Positions 1 to 9,914 of a stretch of DNA of 64,000 bases are shown in pieces (within the stretch, counting starts at the first letter, position 1; each line of letters opens with the position of its first letter). Origin of the DNA: an uncultured Spirochaetota bacterium (GTDB lineage: Bacteria > Spirochaetota > Spirochaetia > SZUA-6 > Fen-1364); the NCBI GenBank assembly GCA_963745235.1, contig CAVUXE010000035.1:96001-160000 (forward strand). The letters are read 5' to 3'. The translations under genes and the position numbers were made by a program. The notes below the pieces were generated by a model. That model did not search any database. It had not been told where the DNA came from and saw only the letters and a list, made by a program, of their open reading frames with translations.

Positions 1-711
1 TTCTCGGTGGGGCCGACTGTTCTGGCGCTCGCCAACAAGGACGTGAAGTCCGCGGATATCGCCCTCGTCATCGAGAGGTCTCCCGCTTTCGAGGGCTCTC
101 TGCCCGACGCGCGGCAGGCGGTCGCGGACCTCTATGATATCGCCACGAAGACGGGAAGGATCCTGTCTCTGTCTGCCGGTGAAATGCCGGAGAAAGAGGC
201 GGACTTCGGAGAGACCCGCCTGCGCTTCGTTTCACAATCTCTGCAGGGGAGGCCGTCTCCCCAGTGGAAACCGGGCGCGGCTTTCCGCCTGGCCGGTGAC
301 GACCTGCTGACGTCAGTCAGCGGGGCCCGCAAGGCAATCGTATTCTTCACGACAGGAGCGTTGAACGGGGCACCCTTCACGCCGTACTCCCTCATCGAGT
401 TGGCCGCGTACCTTCGCAACAATTCCATCGCTCTCTATCCGGTCGTCTTCGGGTCGAAAGGGGCAGGCGAGGACCTGGCATACCTGGCGTCCGAGTCAGG
501 CGGGAAGGTCTTCGATGCCTTGGGTCCCGGCGGCATGAAGGATGTTGTCCAGGAAGTGAACGCCAGGCTGATCCCGACGTACACCATCCGCTACACGTCG
601 CCCACACCGCCCCGGTTCGGGGACGCCTACATCCCGTTCGAGGTGGAAGTGACGACGCAGAAGATAAGCGGAAGAGACGAGTCGGGGTACTACGCCCCGC
701 CGACGCCGTAA
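1..711 (+). CDS. C-terminal part of a vWA-like domain protein (starts before the window)
   Basis: DIALVIERS (degenerate MIDAS strand), KAIVFFTTG, ALYPVVFG, LAYLASESGG..V pattern of vWA folds; open from the window edge. Confidence 0.55.
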   Translation, partial: FSVGPTVLALANKDVKSADIALVIERSPAFEGSLPDARQAVADLYDIATKTGRILSLSAGEMPEKEADFGETRLRFVSQSLQGRPSPQWKPGAAFRLAGDDLLTSVSGARKAIVFFTTGALNGAPFTPYSLIELAAYLRNNSIALYPVVFGSKGAGEDLAYLASESGGKVFDALGPGGMKDVVQEVNARLIPTYTIRYTSPTPPRFGDAYIPFEVEVTTQKISGRDESGYYAPPTP

Positions 712-751
712 GGGTTTTGCCCGCAGCAGGGTCCTGCGCCTTGCCCGGAGC

Positions 752-1390
752 TTACGCCCTCAAAAAAGCTTTGACCTTTTCCGACGCGCTGGCAGCGTCC
801 GGAGCATAGCCGTCCGCCCCTATTTCCTTCGCGTATTGGTCCGTGAGGGGCGCGCCGCCCACCATGAACTTGACCTTCTTGCGCAGCCCTTCCTTTTCGA
901 ACCGATCAATGACGTCCTTCATCCCGGTCATGGTGGTGGTCAGGAGCGCGGACATTCCGATGGCTTTTGCATCCGGGTTGTCCTTGAGCCCCTGGATGAA
1001 CTTGTCCGCCGACACGTCGATCCCGAGATCAACCACTTCGATGCCCGCGCCCTGCGCCATCATCTTCACGAGGTTCTTGCCGATGTCGTGGAGGTCTCCC
1101 TTGACCGTCCCGATGAGCATCTTGCCGATGGGCTTGACCCCTGCTTTCACCAGCTCCGGCTTCAGGATGTCCATGCTGGCGTTCATGGCCCGGGCCGCGA
1201 TGAGGACTTCCGGGATGTAGATCTCGTTGCACTTGAAGCGCTGCCCGACCTTGTCCATGCCGTCCAGGAGGCCCTTGTTGAGGATATCTCCCGCCCCGTT
1301 CTTCTCAGAAAGGAGCGCTGACGTGAGCTCCTTGGCCTTGGGGGCGTTGCCCTTCTGGATGGCTTCCGACAATTCCTGGAAAGTTGCCAA
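752..1390 (-). CDS. Corrinoid (cobalamin-binding) protein, MttC/MtbC-like
   Basis: GTVKGDLHDIGKNLV B12 motif, SALLTTT, MVGGAP; likely TTG start at 1390 after GAGG. Confidence 0.9.
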   Translation of the reverse strand: MATFQELSEAIQKGNAPKAKELTSALLSEKNGAGDILNKGLLDGMDKVGQRFKCNEIYIPEVLIAARAMNASMDILKPELVKAGVKPIGKMLIGTVKGDLHDIGKNLVKMMAQGAGIEVVDLGIDVSADKFIQGLKDNPDAKAIGMSALLTTTMTGMKDVIDRFEKEGLRKKVKFMVGGAPLTDQYAKEIGADGYAPDAASASEKVKAFLRA

Positions 1391-1476
1391 CGCGGACCTC
1401 CTACAGCAGTTCTTGGTTGTCAGAAAGTGTCGAACATGATAATCTATGGCAAACATCATGATTCAGGAGAATCCCC

Positions 1477-1710
1477 GTGTCAAGAGGACGCCCGGAAATA
1501 GACCGTGAAAGGTGCAAGGGCTGCACCCTGTGCGTCGGCGCCTGCCCTGAAAAGATCATCGCGATGTCGAAAGACGACTTCAACCGGCAGGGGCTTCCCT
1601 TCGCGGTGTGCTTCGATGAATCGCGGTGCACCGCGTGCATGTCCTGCGCCATCATCTGCCCGGACTCCGCAATCACCGTACTGAGGTTTGCAACCGCCTC
1701 GGGAGAGTAG
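1477..1710 (+). CDS. 2x[4Fe-4S] ferredoxin, delta subunit of 2-oxoacid:ferredoxin oxidoreductase
   Basis: Two CxxCxxCxxxCP motifs; first gene of the OFOR operon. Confidence 0.9.
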   Translation: MSRGRPEIDRERCKGCTLCVGACPEKIIAMSKDDFNRQGLPFAVCFDESRCTACMSCAIICPDSAITVLRFATASGE

Positions 1711-1713
1711 CAC

Positions 1714-2784
1714 ATGGAAACGACCAAAGAGGGGACGCCTGTCCTCATGAAAGGCAACGAGGCAATCGGGGAAGCCGCCATCATTGCCGGCTGCCGCCAC
1801 TACTTCGGGTACCCCATCACCCCGCAGAACGAGCTCCCCGCGTACATGGCGCTGAGACTTCCCAAGGTGGGCGGCACCTTCATCCAGGCGGAAAGCGAGG
1901 TAGCCGCCATCAACATGGTTTTCGGCGCCTCGGCGGCCGGGGCGCGCGCCATGACGTCATCTTCGTCCCCGGGCGTGAGCCTCAAGATGGAGGGGATTTC
2001 CTATCTCTCTGGCGCCGAGCTCCCCGCAGTGGTCGTGAACATGATGCGGGGAGGACCGGGGCTGGGCAACATCGCCGGAGCGCAGGGAGACTACTTCCAG
2101 GCGGTGAAGGGCGGAGGCCACGGGGACTACCGCTGCATCGTGCTGGCTCCCAGCTCCGTGCAGGAGCTGGCTGACCTGACAGTCAAGGCATTCGACCTGG
2201 CGGACAGGTACCGCATGGTGGTCATGCTCCTGGGAGACGGTTTCGTCGGACAGATGTCGGAGCCCATCGTCATGCCGAAGCCTTCCGGCAAGACCTTCGA
2301 CAAGAGCGCGTGGACGCTGACCGGCGCGCGGGGCAGGGATACCCATATCATCGCCTCCATGCGCCTGAACCCTGAGGACGCGCTGGAGAAGCTGAACCTC
2401 CGGCTCCAGGAGAAGTATCGCGACATCGCCGGGAAGGAAGCCCTGTGGGAGGAAACGGAGGTGCGTGACGCGCACTACCTCCTTGCCGGCTTCGGGCTTT
2501 CCGCGCGCATCTGCCGTTCAGCGGTGAGCGCGCTGCGCAAGGAGGGGATCAAGGCCGGACTGTTTCGCCCCATCACGCTCTGGCCATTCCCTGAGGCTGC
2601 GCTCGCGAAAGCCGCGAAAGGCAGGAAGAAGGTGCTCGTCGTGGAGATGAACGCCGGACAGATGGTAGAGGATGTGAGACTGGCGCTGGGGTCCGGCATC
2701 CCCGTTGACTTCCTCGGCACGCTGGGAGGCATCACGCCGCAGGTGGATGCCATAGTCGAAAGGATCACGTCATATGCCCGTTGA
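1714..2784 (+). CDS. vorB: 2-oxoacid:ferredoxin oxidoreductase alpha subunit (VorB-like)
   Basis: MKGNEAI, FGYPITPQ, QAESE, TSSSSPG, MRGGPGLG motifs. Confidence 0.88.
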   Translation: METTKEGTPVLMKGNEAIGEAAIIAGCRHYFGYPITPQNELPAYMALRLPKVGGTFIQAESEVAAINMVFGASAAGARAMTSSSSPGVSLKMEGISYLSGAELPAVVVNMMRGGPGLGNIAGAQGDYFQAVKGGGHGDYRCIVLAPSSVQELADLTVKAFDLADRYRMVVMLLGDGFVGQMSEPIVMPKPSGKTFDKSAWTLTGARGRDTHIIASMRLNPEDALEKLNLRLQEKYRDIAGKEALWEETEVRDAHYLLAGFGLSARICRSAVSALRKEGIKAGLFRPITLWPFPEAALAKAAKGRKKVLVVEMNAGQMVEDVRLALGSGIPVDFLGTLGGITPQVDAIVERITSYAR

Positions 2785-3529
2785 GACAGCTCCCGCCAGA
2801 TTGGTGTACAAGAGGCCTGAGTCCCTGGCCGATGTTCCCAACCACTATTGTCCGGGCTGCGGCCACGGAACCATTCACAAGCTCCTGGCCCAGTGCATCG
2901 ATGAGCTTCGCATTCGGGAAACGACCATCCTGGTGGCGCCCGTGGGGTGCTCGGTGCTGGCCTACAACTACCTGCGCGTTGACGGCTGCGAGGCCGCGCA
3001 TGGAAGGGCGCCCGCGGTCGCAACCGGCATCAAGCGTGTCCACCCGGATCGCCTGGTCATCTCGTACCAGGGGGACGGGGACCTGCTGGCCATCGGGACC
3101 GCGGAGACCATCCACGCCGCCAACAGGGGAGAAAAGATCACGGTTGTCTTCGTGAATAACGCCATTTACGGTATGACCGGAGGCCAGATGGCCCCGACAT
3201 CGCTCCAGGCCCAGAAGACGAAGACATCACCGTACGGCAGAAACCCCAACGACGCCGGCTACCCGATACGGGCGTGCGAGCTCCTGAACACCCTGGAGGC
3301 GCCTGTCTTCATTGAACGCTGCGCCGTGAACTCGGTGAAGAATGTGCTGCGCACAAAGAAGGCGCTCATGAAGGGGCTGCGCAACCAGGTCGAGGGCAAA
3401 GGCTATTCGTTCATCGAGGTGCTCTCCATGTGTCCGACCGGCTGGGGGCTGGAGCCGCGTGAGGCGGCGGCCTGGATAGACTCTGACATGATTCCCTATT
3501 TCCCTCTGGGGAACTTCCGGGACAGGTAA
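2774..3529 (+). CDS. 2-oxoacid:ferredoxin oxidoreductase beta (TPP-binding) subunit
   Basis: YCPGCGH, HGRAPA, GDGD...NN, YGMTGGQ, SMCPT. Confidence 0.9.
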   Translation: MPVETAPARLVYKRPESLADVPNHYCPGCGHGTIHKLLAQCIDELRIRETTILVAPVGCSVLAYNYLRVDGCEAAHGRAPAVATGIKRVHPDRLVISYQGDGDLLAIGTAETIHAANRGEKITVVFVNNAIYGMTGGQMAPTSLQAQKTKTSPYGRNPNDAGYPIRACELLNTLEAPVFIERCAVNSVKNVLRTKKALMKGLRNQVEGKGYSFIEVLSMCPTGWGLEPREAAAWIDSDMIPYFPLGNFRDR

Positions 3530-3540
3530 GGGGAGGGCTC

Positions 3541-4077
3541 GTGTACGAAGGAATATTCATCGCAGGGTTCGGCGGTCAGGGAGTGATCCTCCTGGGGAAA
3601 ATCATCTGTCTTGCCGCAATGGGAGAGGGCAAGCACGTGTCCCACATCCCCGCCTATGGAGCCGAGATGCGCGGCGGCACGGCCAACTGTTCCGTCGTCG
3701 TGTCAGACAGTGAAATCGCGTCACCGCTGGTCCCCCGTCCCTCCGTCTGCATCGTGCTGAACACCCCGTCCCTCATCAAGTTCCAGCCGATTGTGCGGGA
3801 GGGTGGGCTCCTGATCTGGAACACGTCGCTGATCGATATGAAGCCGGACCGCCGCGACATCGAGATTCTCCCCGTCTCTGCAAACGAGCTGGCGGAGGCG
3901 GCAGGCTCGTACAAGGCGGCGAACATGGCGGCCCTTGGGGCGCTTCTCAAGAGACGCCCCGCTGTCGCGTCCCTGGACGCCGTGGCGGCATGCCTGGACC
4001 AGGCCGTCTCAGCCCGTCATCGGGAGCTCAACGGAATCAACCGGCGCGCGCTGGCAAAGGGCTATGAGGCCGCATAA
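3541..4077 (+). CDS. 2-oxoacid:ferredoxin oxidoreductase gamma subunit
   Basis: AGFGGQGV, YGAEMRGG, ANMAALGA. Confidence 0.9.
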   Translation: MYEGIFIAGFGGQGVILLGKIICLAAMGEGKHVSHIPAYGAEMRGGTANCSVVVSDSEIASPLVPRPSVCIVLNTPSLIKFQPIVREGGLLIWNTSLIDMKPDRRDIEILPVSANELAEAAGSYKAANMAALGALLKRRPAVASLDAVAACLDQAVSARHRELNGINRRALAKGYEAA

Positions 4078-4768
4078 GGCGCCCGACGCGCGCCTTCGGT
4101 TCCTGTTCTGGCGGACCGACTTCGTCGGAATCGCCATGATTGTCAGCGGGCTTTTCTTCTTGCTGGTCAACTTCAAGCTCATCCCGGTGAGCGCCTTCGT
4201 CCTGCCCCGGGTGCTGGGGGTCCTGTTCTTCGTCGTGGGATTGGTCTTCCTCTTCCTGTCGGGCGCCGGGAGCTGGATGTCGTGGTTCATCATCCCCGCC
4301 GGAGAGCTCCTGACATGCGGCATCGTTACCCTTGTCCTGGGCCTGGACCGTATTTTCAGCCTTGATTCCGCCGCGCTCTTTGCCTTCGGTCTTGGACTGT
4401 CTTTCCTGGCGCTGTTCTACTCGCTTCGCAGCCACTGGTGGCTCCTCATTCCATCCGGCTTCCTGATCGGGCTCGCCGCCATGCTCGCTGGAGTGGACCA
4501 CGTCCCGCTGGTGGGCTGGCACCCTGTGGTTCCCCTGTTCTTCCTCGGTGCGGCGTTCCTGGTAATCTACCTGTATTCCGTTCAGCGTCAGCGCATGCGC
4601 TGGAGCCTGCTGGTGGGCTTCATCATCGTCTCCGTCTCTTTCCTCTACCTCCTGGGAATCCTTCTTGCCCGCTGGAGCATCCTCTGGCCGGTTGTGCTGC
4701 TGCTTGCCGGGCTGCTGATCCCCCTTTGGATCCTGTTCATCGACCGAAGGGCCAGGAGGCCGGATCTG
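4064..4768 (+). CDS. Multi-pass membrane protein (in frame with the downstream MBL gene in this assembly)
   Basis: About 8 hydrophobic segments with repeated W..IP / WP motifs; ATG at 4064 overlaps the gamma stop. Confidence 0.6.
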
Positions 4769-6175
4769 ATGCCGGCACGACTCTCGTTTCTCGGCGCGGC
4801 GAAAAGCGTCACGGGTTCGCGGTTCCTCCTCGAGGCGGACGGCGCCACAGTGCTTGTCGACTGCGGGCTTTCCCAGGAGCGCGACATGCAGGCCAGGAAC
4901 TGGGAGCCTTTTCCCGTTCCGCCCGAGCGCATCGATGCGCTTCTGCTGACCCATGCGCACCTGGACCACTGCGGCCTGATCCCCCGTCTCGTGAAGGAGG
5001 GCTTTCGCGGGAAGATCTTCACGTCCGGACCCACCGCGGAGATCGCGCGGATCGTGATGCTGGACTCGGCTCGACTCCAGGCAGAAGACGCTGAGAACAA
5101 AAAGGCGCGGCACAGGAGGGAAGGCCGCGTCGACCCGCACCCTCTCCAGCCCCTGTACAGCGAAAAAGATGCAGAGACGGCATCCACCCTGTTTCAACCA
5201 GTGGAGTTCCAGAAGTCAATCGGCGTGGCGCGCGGCATCCAGGCGGAGTTTTTCGATGCCGGTCACATCCTGGGCTCGGCATCCATCAGGGTCCGTTTCG
5301 GAGCGAACGGCAGCGCGCGGACCGTCCTGTTCTCCGGCGATATAGGCCGCTGGAACCGGCCCATCATCAACGACCCGGCGCCGTGCGACCAGGCAGACTA
5401 CGTGCTGATGGAGTCAACGTACGGGGATTCGCTTCACGGCAGCGACGCGGAAATCGGACAGACCCTGGAAAGTGCCGTCACCGGCGCGGTGGCCGCTGGC
5501 GGCAACATCGTGATTCCAAGCTTCGCCATCGAGCGCTCGCAGGAGGTGCTGTACCACCTCAACACGCTGCTGCTCGCAAACAGGATTCCCCACCTCCTTG
5601 TTTTCCTGGACAGCCCGATGGCCACGAAGGTCACCGAGATATTCGGCCACTGGCCCGACTTCTTCGATCCCGACATGCAGGAGCTGATCCGTCAGAATCG
5701 GTCTCCCTTCGACCTGCCGGGGCTCGTCATGGCCAGGAGCGTTGAGGATTCAAAGTCCATCAACAGGATCAAGGGAAGCGCAATCATCATAGCGGGAGCG
5801 GGCATGTGCACCGGGGGACGGATCAAGCATCACCTTGTGCGCAACATTTCCCGCCCTGAGAGCACCATTCTTTTTGTCGGATACCAGGCGCAGGGGACGC
5901 TGGGGCGTCAGATCGTGGAAGGCGCCGCGGAGGTCAGGATTCTGGGAGAAACGCACCCCGTCAGGGCGAAGGTCGCGCGGATCTCGGGCTTCTCGGGACA
6001 CGCTGACCGTGAAGAGCTCCTGCGCTGGGCGTCTTTCCTCACGAAACCTCCGCGGAGGGCGTTCATCACGCACGGCGAGCCCGCAGTTGCGGAGCATTTC
6101 AGAGCTACGCTTGCGCAAAGGAAAGGCTGGGACACTTTCGTGCCCTCGCCGAGCCAGTCGGTGGTGCTGGATTGA
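4769..6175 (+). CDS. MBL-fold beta-CASP ribonuclease (YSH1/CPSF-like)
   Basis: LGAAKSVTGS, THAHLDHCG, AGHILGS, ESTYG, FSGHAD, HGE; AGGAGG upstream of ATG 4769. Confidence 0.9.
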   Translation: MPARLSFLGAAKSVTGSRFLLEADGATVLVDCGLSQERDMQARNWEPFPVPPERIDALLLTHAHLDHCGLIPRLVKEGFRGKIFTSGPTAEIARIVMLDSARLQAEDAENKKARHRREGRVDPHPLQPLYSEKDAETASTLFQPVEFQKSIGVARGIQAEFFDAGHILGSASIRVRFGANGSARTVLFSGDIGRWNRPIINDPAPCDQADYVLMESTYGDSLHGSDAEIGQTLESAVTGAVAAGGNIVIPSFAIERSQEVLYHLNTLLLANRIPHLLVFLDSPMATKVTEIFGHWPDFFDPDMQELIRQNRSPFDLPGLVMARSVEDSKSINRIKGSAIIIAGAGMCTGGRIKHHLVRNISRPESTILFVGYQAQGTLGRQIVEGAAEVRILGETHPVRAKVARISGFSGHADREELLRWASFLTKPPRRAFITHGEPAVAEHFRATLAQRKGWDTFVPSPSQSVVLD

Positions 6176-6194
6176 GCGCCGCTCTGCCGGAGCG

Positions 6195-7853
6195 TCAGTA
6201 TTTGAACGCGCTCTCCCCAATGAACTCTCGGAGGATCGAGGTGGGGGGCACCCAGCGCGGATGAAGGGGAGCGAAGTTTCCCAGGAATGAGAGCAGGCGG
6301 CGGGCTTCCTGGTACTCAGGCACCTCAGGCTTCACGGATGCAAGAAGAGGCTCCGCGTATACCTTGAGCACGGCCAGCTCATAGTCAAGGGCAGAGTTGA
6401 ACGCCGAGTCAGCCCCGTTCTGGAAGGGAAAGATGTTGCGGTCTTCCCCCCTTCGAACAGACGGCCACATGGACAGCGTCTGCGCCGCGGAATGCCCCCT
6501 GAACTGGTTATCCCTGACGAGTCTCCTGATGAGCCGGTTGTCGGTCGTGGCAATTCTGTTGTGGTCGTCGAGGTTGAGCTGCGTCAGCGCTGAGACGTAC
6601 ACCTTGTGCTTCTGGTTCCTCGACACGAGCGGCGTCAGCGCATCGTTCAATCCGTGAATCCCCTCCAGGATGAGGATTGCCCGTTCGGGAAGCCGCAAGC
6701 GCGCCCCCGCGGACTTTCTGGCGCCGACGTGAAAATCGAACAGAGGGGTCTCGACTTCATCCCCCTTCAGCAAAGCCACCAGATGACGGTTGAGAAGCTC
6801 GACGTCAAGCGCGTCCAGGGATTCGAAGTCCGGCTTTCCCTCCTCGTCGAGCGGGGTCTGGGCGTGGGGCTTGTAGTAGTCGTCCAGGGAGATAGTGACA
6901 GGGTTGCGGCCGACAACGCGAAGCTGGATCATCAGTTTCTTGGAAAACGTCGTCTTGCCGGACGAAGAGGGTCCGGCGATCAGGACGACCCGTACGAGGT
7001 CCCTCCTGGCCGTGATGCGGTCAGCGATCTCCGCGATCTTCTTGTCCTGGAGCGCTTCGGCCACCTGGATGAACTCCTGGATGGTGCCGTTGCGTATCAG
7101 CTCGTCCAGCCTCCCCACCGAGCCGACGCGGAGGATCTTCCCCCAGCTCTTGTATTCCCGGTAGATGGAGAAGAGAACCGGGTTGTCCTCAAAGGGCCCG
7201 AGGGTCAGGGGTTGCGCTGCCGGGGGATAGCGCAGCAGGAATCCGGGGGGGTACCCCTTGATCGCGAAAACGGAAAGCAGGGCGGTTGATGGCACCAGCG
7301 GACCGTGGGAAAGATCCAGGTAGCCTTCGCAGGAGTTCACCCGGATGCTCGGATCGTTTCGATTCTTGAGCAGAAGCGCCGTGTCCGGCTGGTTGTGCTT
7401 CTCGAAGTATTCCATTGCCTCCCGGTAGGAGAGGGCCAGGGAGATGATGGGCGCATCCCGCGCGACGATCTCACGCATTGCGGTCTCGATGTGCTGCGCG
7501 TCCTCTTCTGAAAGGTCGTCCCTTCCGTCGAGGTAGTAGTAGTAGCTCTGTCCCAGCGAGTGGCCGATCACGAGCCCGCGCCGGGGAAAAATCTTCTTGG
7601 AGGCCATGGAGAGAAGGAAGCAAAGGGACTTGCGGTAGATGAGCACCCCTTCCTTGCTTCCCAGGTCAACGGGCTCCAGTGCGCAGTTGACCATCAGCCC
7701 CGACTCGAGGCTCACGACCTCGTTGTTGAGGCGCGCGGCCACCACGGGACGAGAAGTCCGGGGACAGCAGGGATCCGCTACGGCCTCCCGCACGGGAGTG
7801 CCGGCTGGAAAATCCCGTGCCTGCCCTCCCGGGTAGGTCACGCGGACATTCAT
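6195..7853 (-). CDS. Uridine/nucleoside kinase with N-terminal TGS/ThrRS-like domain
   Basis: IAGPSSSGKTT P-loop, ISLDDYY, EGIHGLN, FNSALDYEL. Confidence 0.85.
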   Translation of the reverse strand: MNVRVTYPGGQARDFPAGTPVREAVADPCCPRTSRPVVAARLNNEVVSLESGLMVNCALEPVDLGSKEGVLIYRKSLCFLLSMASKKIFPRRGLVIGHSLGQSYYYYLDGRDDLSEEDAQHIETAMREIVARDAPIISLALSYREAMEYFEKHNQPDTALLLKNRNDPSIRVNSCEGYLDLSHGPLVPSTALLSVFAIKGYPPGFLLRYPPAAQPLTLGPFEDNPVLFSIYREYKSWGKILRVGSVGRLDELIRNGTIQEFIQVAEALQDKKIAEIADRITARRDLVRVVLIAGPSSSGKTTFSKKLMIQLRVVGRNPVTISLDDYYKPHAQTPLDEEGKPDFESLDALDVELLNRHLVALLKGDEVETPLFDFHVGARKSAGARLRLPERAILILEGIHGLNDALTPLVSRNQKHKVYVSALTQLNLDDHNRIATTDNRLIRRLVRDNQFRGHSAAQTLSMWPSVRRGEDRNIFPFQNGADSAFNSALDYELAVLKVYAEPLLASVKPEVPEYQEARRLLSFLGNFAPLHPRWVPPTSILREFIGESAFKY

Positions 7854-9016
7854 GCCATGTCCCTGATTATTTTCGCCTCTTCAGCGGCAAGCACCCGCGC
7901 TATTCCCAGCCCTCGACCCTCGGTGATCTGCACGAGGGGCGGGTCCACCATTTTGTTTCCGTCCTGATCCACCAGGATCCTGACGATCGGGAACCGCGGC
8001 CGCGCGGGGTCCGTCTTCACCACGAGACCCTTGCTGTTGTTGGACAGGAGCACCGCGGTCCCCACGGGGTACACGGACAGCGTGTAGACGAACGCCTTGA
8101 GCACCCGGTCGTCGTAGTGTCCCCGGCCATTCTGGAGCAGGTCCCGTATGGAGGAATGGCCGTCAAGAGATTCGGACTTGAACGGGCGGGCCGAGATCAT
8201 TGCGTCATACGAGCAGGCCACCGCGATGATCTTTGCGTACTCCGTGATCTTGTCCCCCGAAAGCCCGCGGGGATACCCCGTGCCGTCCACTCTCTCGTGG
8301 TGCTCGAGGGCGGCCAGGGCCACGTTTTCGGGGGCAGAGATGCCTTTCAGGATCCTGTACCCGAGCAGTGTGTGCGTGGTAAGGACCTTCCTTTGCTCAT
8401 CGTTCAGCGGCTGCGAGGAGCGGCGCAGCTCGACGGGCAGCTTGAACATCCCGATCTCGTGCAGGAGGCACGCGTTGCCGAGCTCGATGAGCCGGTGGGG
8501 AGGAGCCTTGAGGAACTCCCCGATGGCCAGAGAGAGAATGGTCGTGTTGACGGCATGGCTGATCAGGTACCGGTCCCCGTCCGCGCTCATGTCGACGAAC
8601 CGAAGAAGCGAGTCACGGTTCTCGTGGACCACCTGGATGGTTTTCTTCACCTGTTCGGTGACTTGCCCGAGGTTCACGATGCCGTCGCTGACATATGCGG
8701 CGAAGAGCGTGGCGGCAAAACCCGAGAGCTCCGTGTAGAATGCCCGGGCGGCCACGGCCTGCCTGCCTGCCCTGATGTCCTCATCTATTGTCTGCGGCGC
8801 AACGCTGCTGGACTCCGCGCCGGAGAGATAGCTGGGGACATCTTTCCTGGCGCCCTCCGTGAAAACCTCGGTGTACTTCCATTTCCTGAGCCTGGCGACC
8901 AGCTCCGTGGCAACCGGGGAATCCGGGGTCAGGAGAATGAACCCCTTGTCCAGGAAAACAGGCTGATCGAAATAGGTATTGGGCACCAACTCATTGAGTG
9001 GCACGCCCTTCATCAC
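7850..9016 (-). CDS. HD-GYP domain protein (putative c-di-GMP phosphodiesterase; HE in place of HD)
   Basis: LLHEIG, HHERVDGTGYP, YDAMISARPF. Confidence 0.85.
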   Translation of the reverse strand: MMKGVPLNELVPNTYFDQPVFLDKGFILLTPDSPVATELVARLRKWKYTEVFTEGARKDVPSYLSGAESSSVAPQTIDEDIRAGRQAVAARAFYTELSGFAATLFAAYVSDGIVNLGQVTEQVKKTIQVVHENRDSLLRFVDMSADGDRYLISHAVNTTILSLAIGEFLKAPPHRLIELGNACLLHEIGMFKLPVELRRSSQPLNDEQRKVLTTHTLLGYRILKGISAPENVALAALEHHERVDGTGYPRGLSGDKITEYAKIIAVACSYDAMISARPFKSESLDGHSSIRDLLQNGRGHYDDRVLKAFVYTLSVYPVGTAVLLSNNSKGLVVKTDPARPRFPIVRILVDQDGNKMVDPPLVQITEGRGLGIARVLAAEEAKIIRDMA

Positions 9017-9095
9017 GCGTCGTCCCTTCTCCCCTTTACTGGGGGACCCTTCTCCTACTATGATGCGCCTGATCTACTATATAGTATAGGGGTTT

Positions 9096-9914
9096 TTGAT
9101 GAAATTGAAAGCCATCTTCGTGATCCTGAACGTGGTTCTCGGGATCGCATTCCTGGTGATCTTCCTCACGCCGGTTTTCATGCTGGGCGGGGACTGGTCT
9201 TCGCTGTTCTGGACGCGAAACTGGCCCATAGCGCTGTTGTTCGTGGTGGCCCTCGGAGCCGTTGATACGTACTTCCTTCTCAATTGGAGCCTTTTCGAAG
9301 GTCTCGAGCGGGAAGATTGGACGGGGGTGGCGGGATTTCTCGAAAAGCGGATCTATCATCGTGGCTGGGTCTCCCCCATGCGCGTGCGCCTGCTGTTGAA
9401 CACCTACCTCGTGACCTCCAACACGGAAAGCATCCGGGCGCTGGAGACCTTCCTCCGCGGTCGAAAGCCTGGCCTCATCAGGCAATTCAGCCTTCAGTTC
9501 GGAATACCGTACCTGCTCGCGAAAGATCCCAAGGAGCCGGAGGCTTTCTTCCGTGGCCTTCTTTCTTCGGGGAAAGTCTCGGACCGCGACTGGGTGCGTT
9601 GGAACCACGCCTTCAGTCTTCTGCAGATGAAGTCCGCGGATGAGGCGAGAACGGAGCTTGCATCCCTCGCGGAGTCCAGCCGGGACCCTGTCCTCCAGCT
9701 CCTTTCCCTGTACCTTCTGGACGTGGTGGCAAAAGACGACCCCGACCTGGAAAAGAAAGTGGCGACCATGCGCGGGAGTCTTCGGGAGCGCTCGACGCCC
9801 CAGGAGCTGGGAAGAACGATCGAAAAGGCCGGCAGCAACATGGAAGTCATAGTTCTCTCCCGGATGCTGCACGATGCGGTTGAGTGGCTCTACGCCGCGC
9901 CTGCCCCGACGTAA
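9096..9914 (+). CDS. Hypothetical protein with two N-terminal TM helices and a helical C-terminal domain
   Basis: 272 aa ORF with host-like codon usage; its stop abuts the next gene. Confidence 0.65.
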   Translation: MMKLKAIFVILNVVLGIAFLVIFLTPVFMLGGDWSSLFWTRNWPIALLFVVALGAVDTYFLLNWSLFEGLEREDWTGVAGFLEKRIYHRGWVSPMRVRLLLNTYLVTSNTESIRALETFLRGRKPGLIRQFSLQFGIPYLLAKDPKEPEAFFRGLLSSGKVSDRDWVRWNHAFSLLQMKSADEARTELASLAESSRDPVLQLLSLYLLDVVAKDDPDLEKKVATMRGSLRERSTPQELGRTIEKAGSNMEVIVLSRMLHDAVEWLYAAPAPT

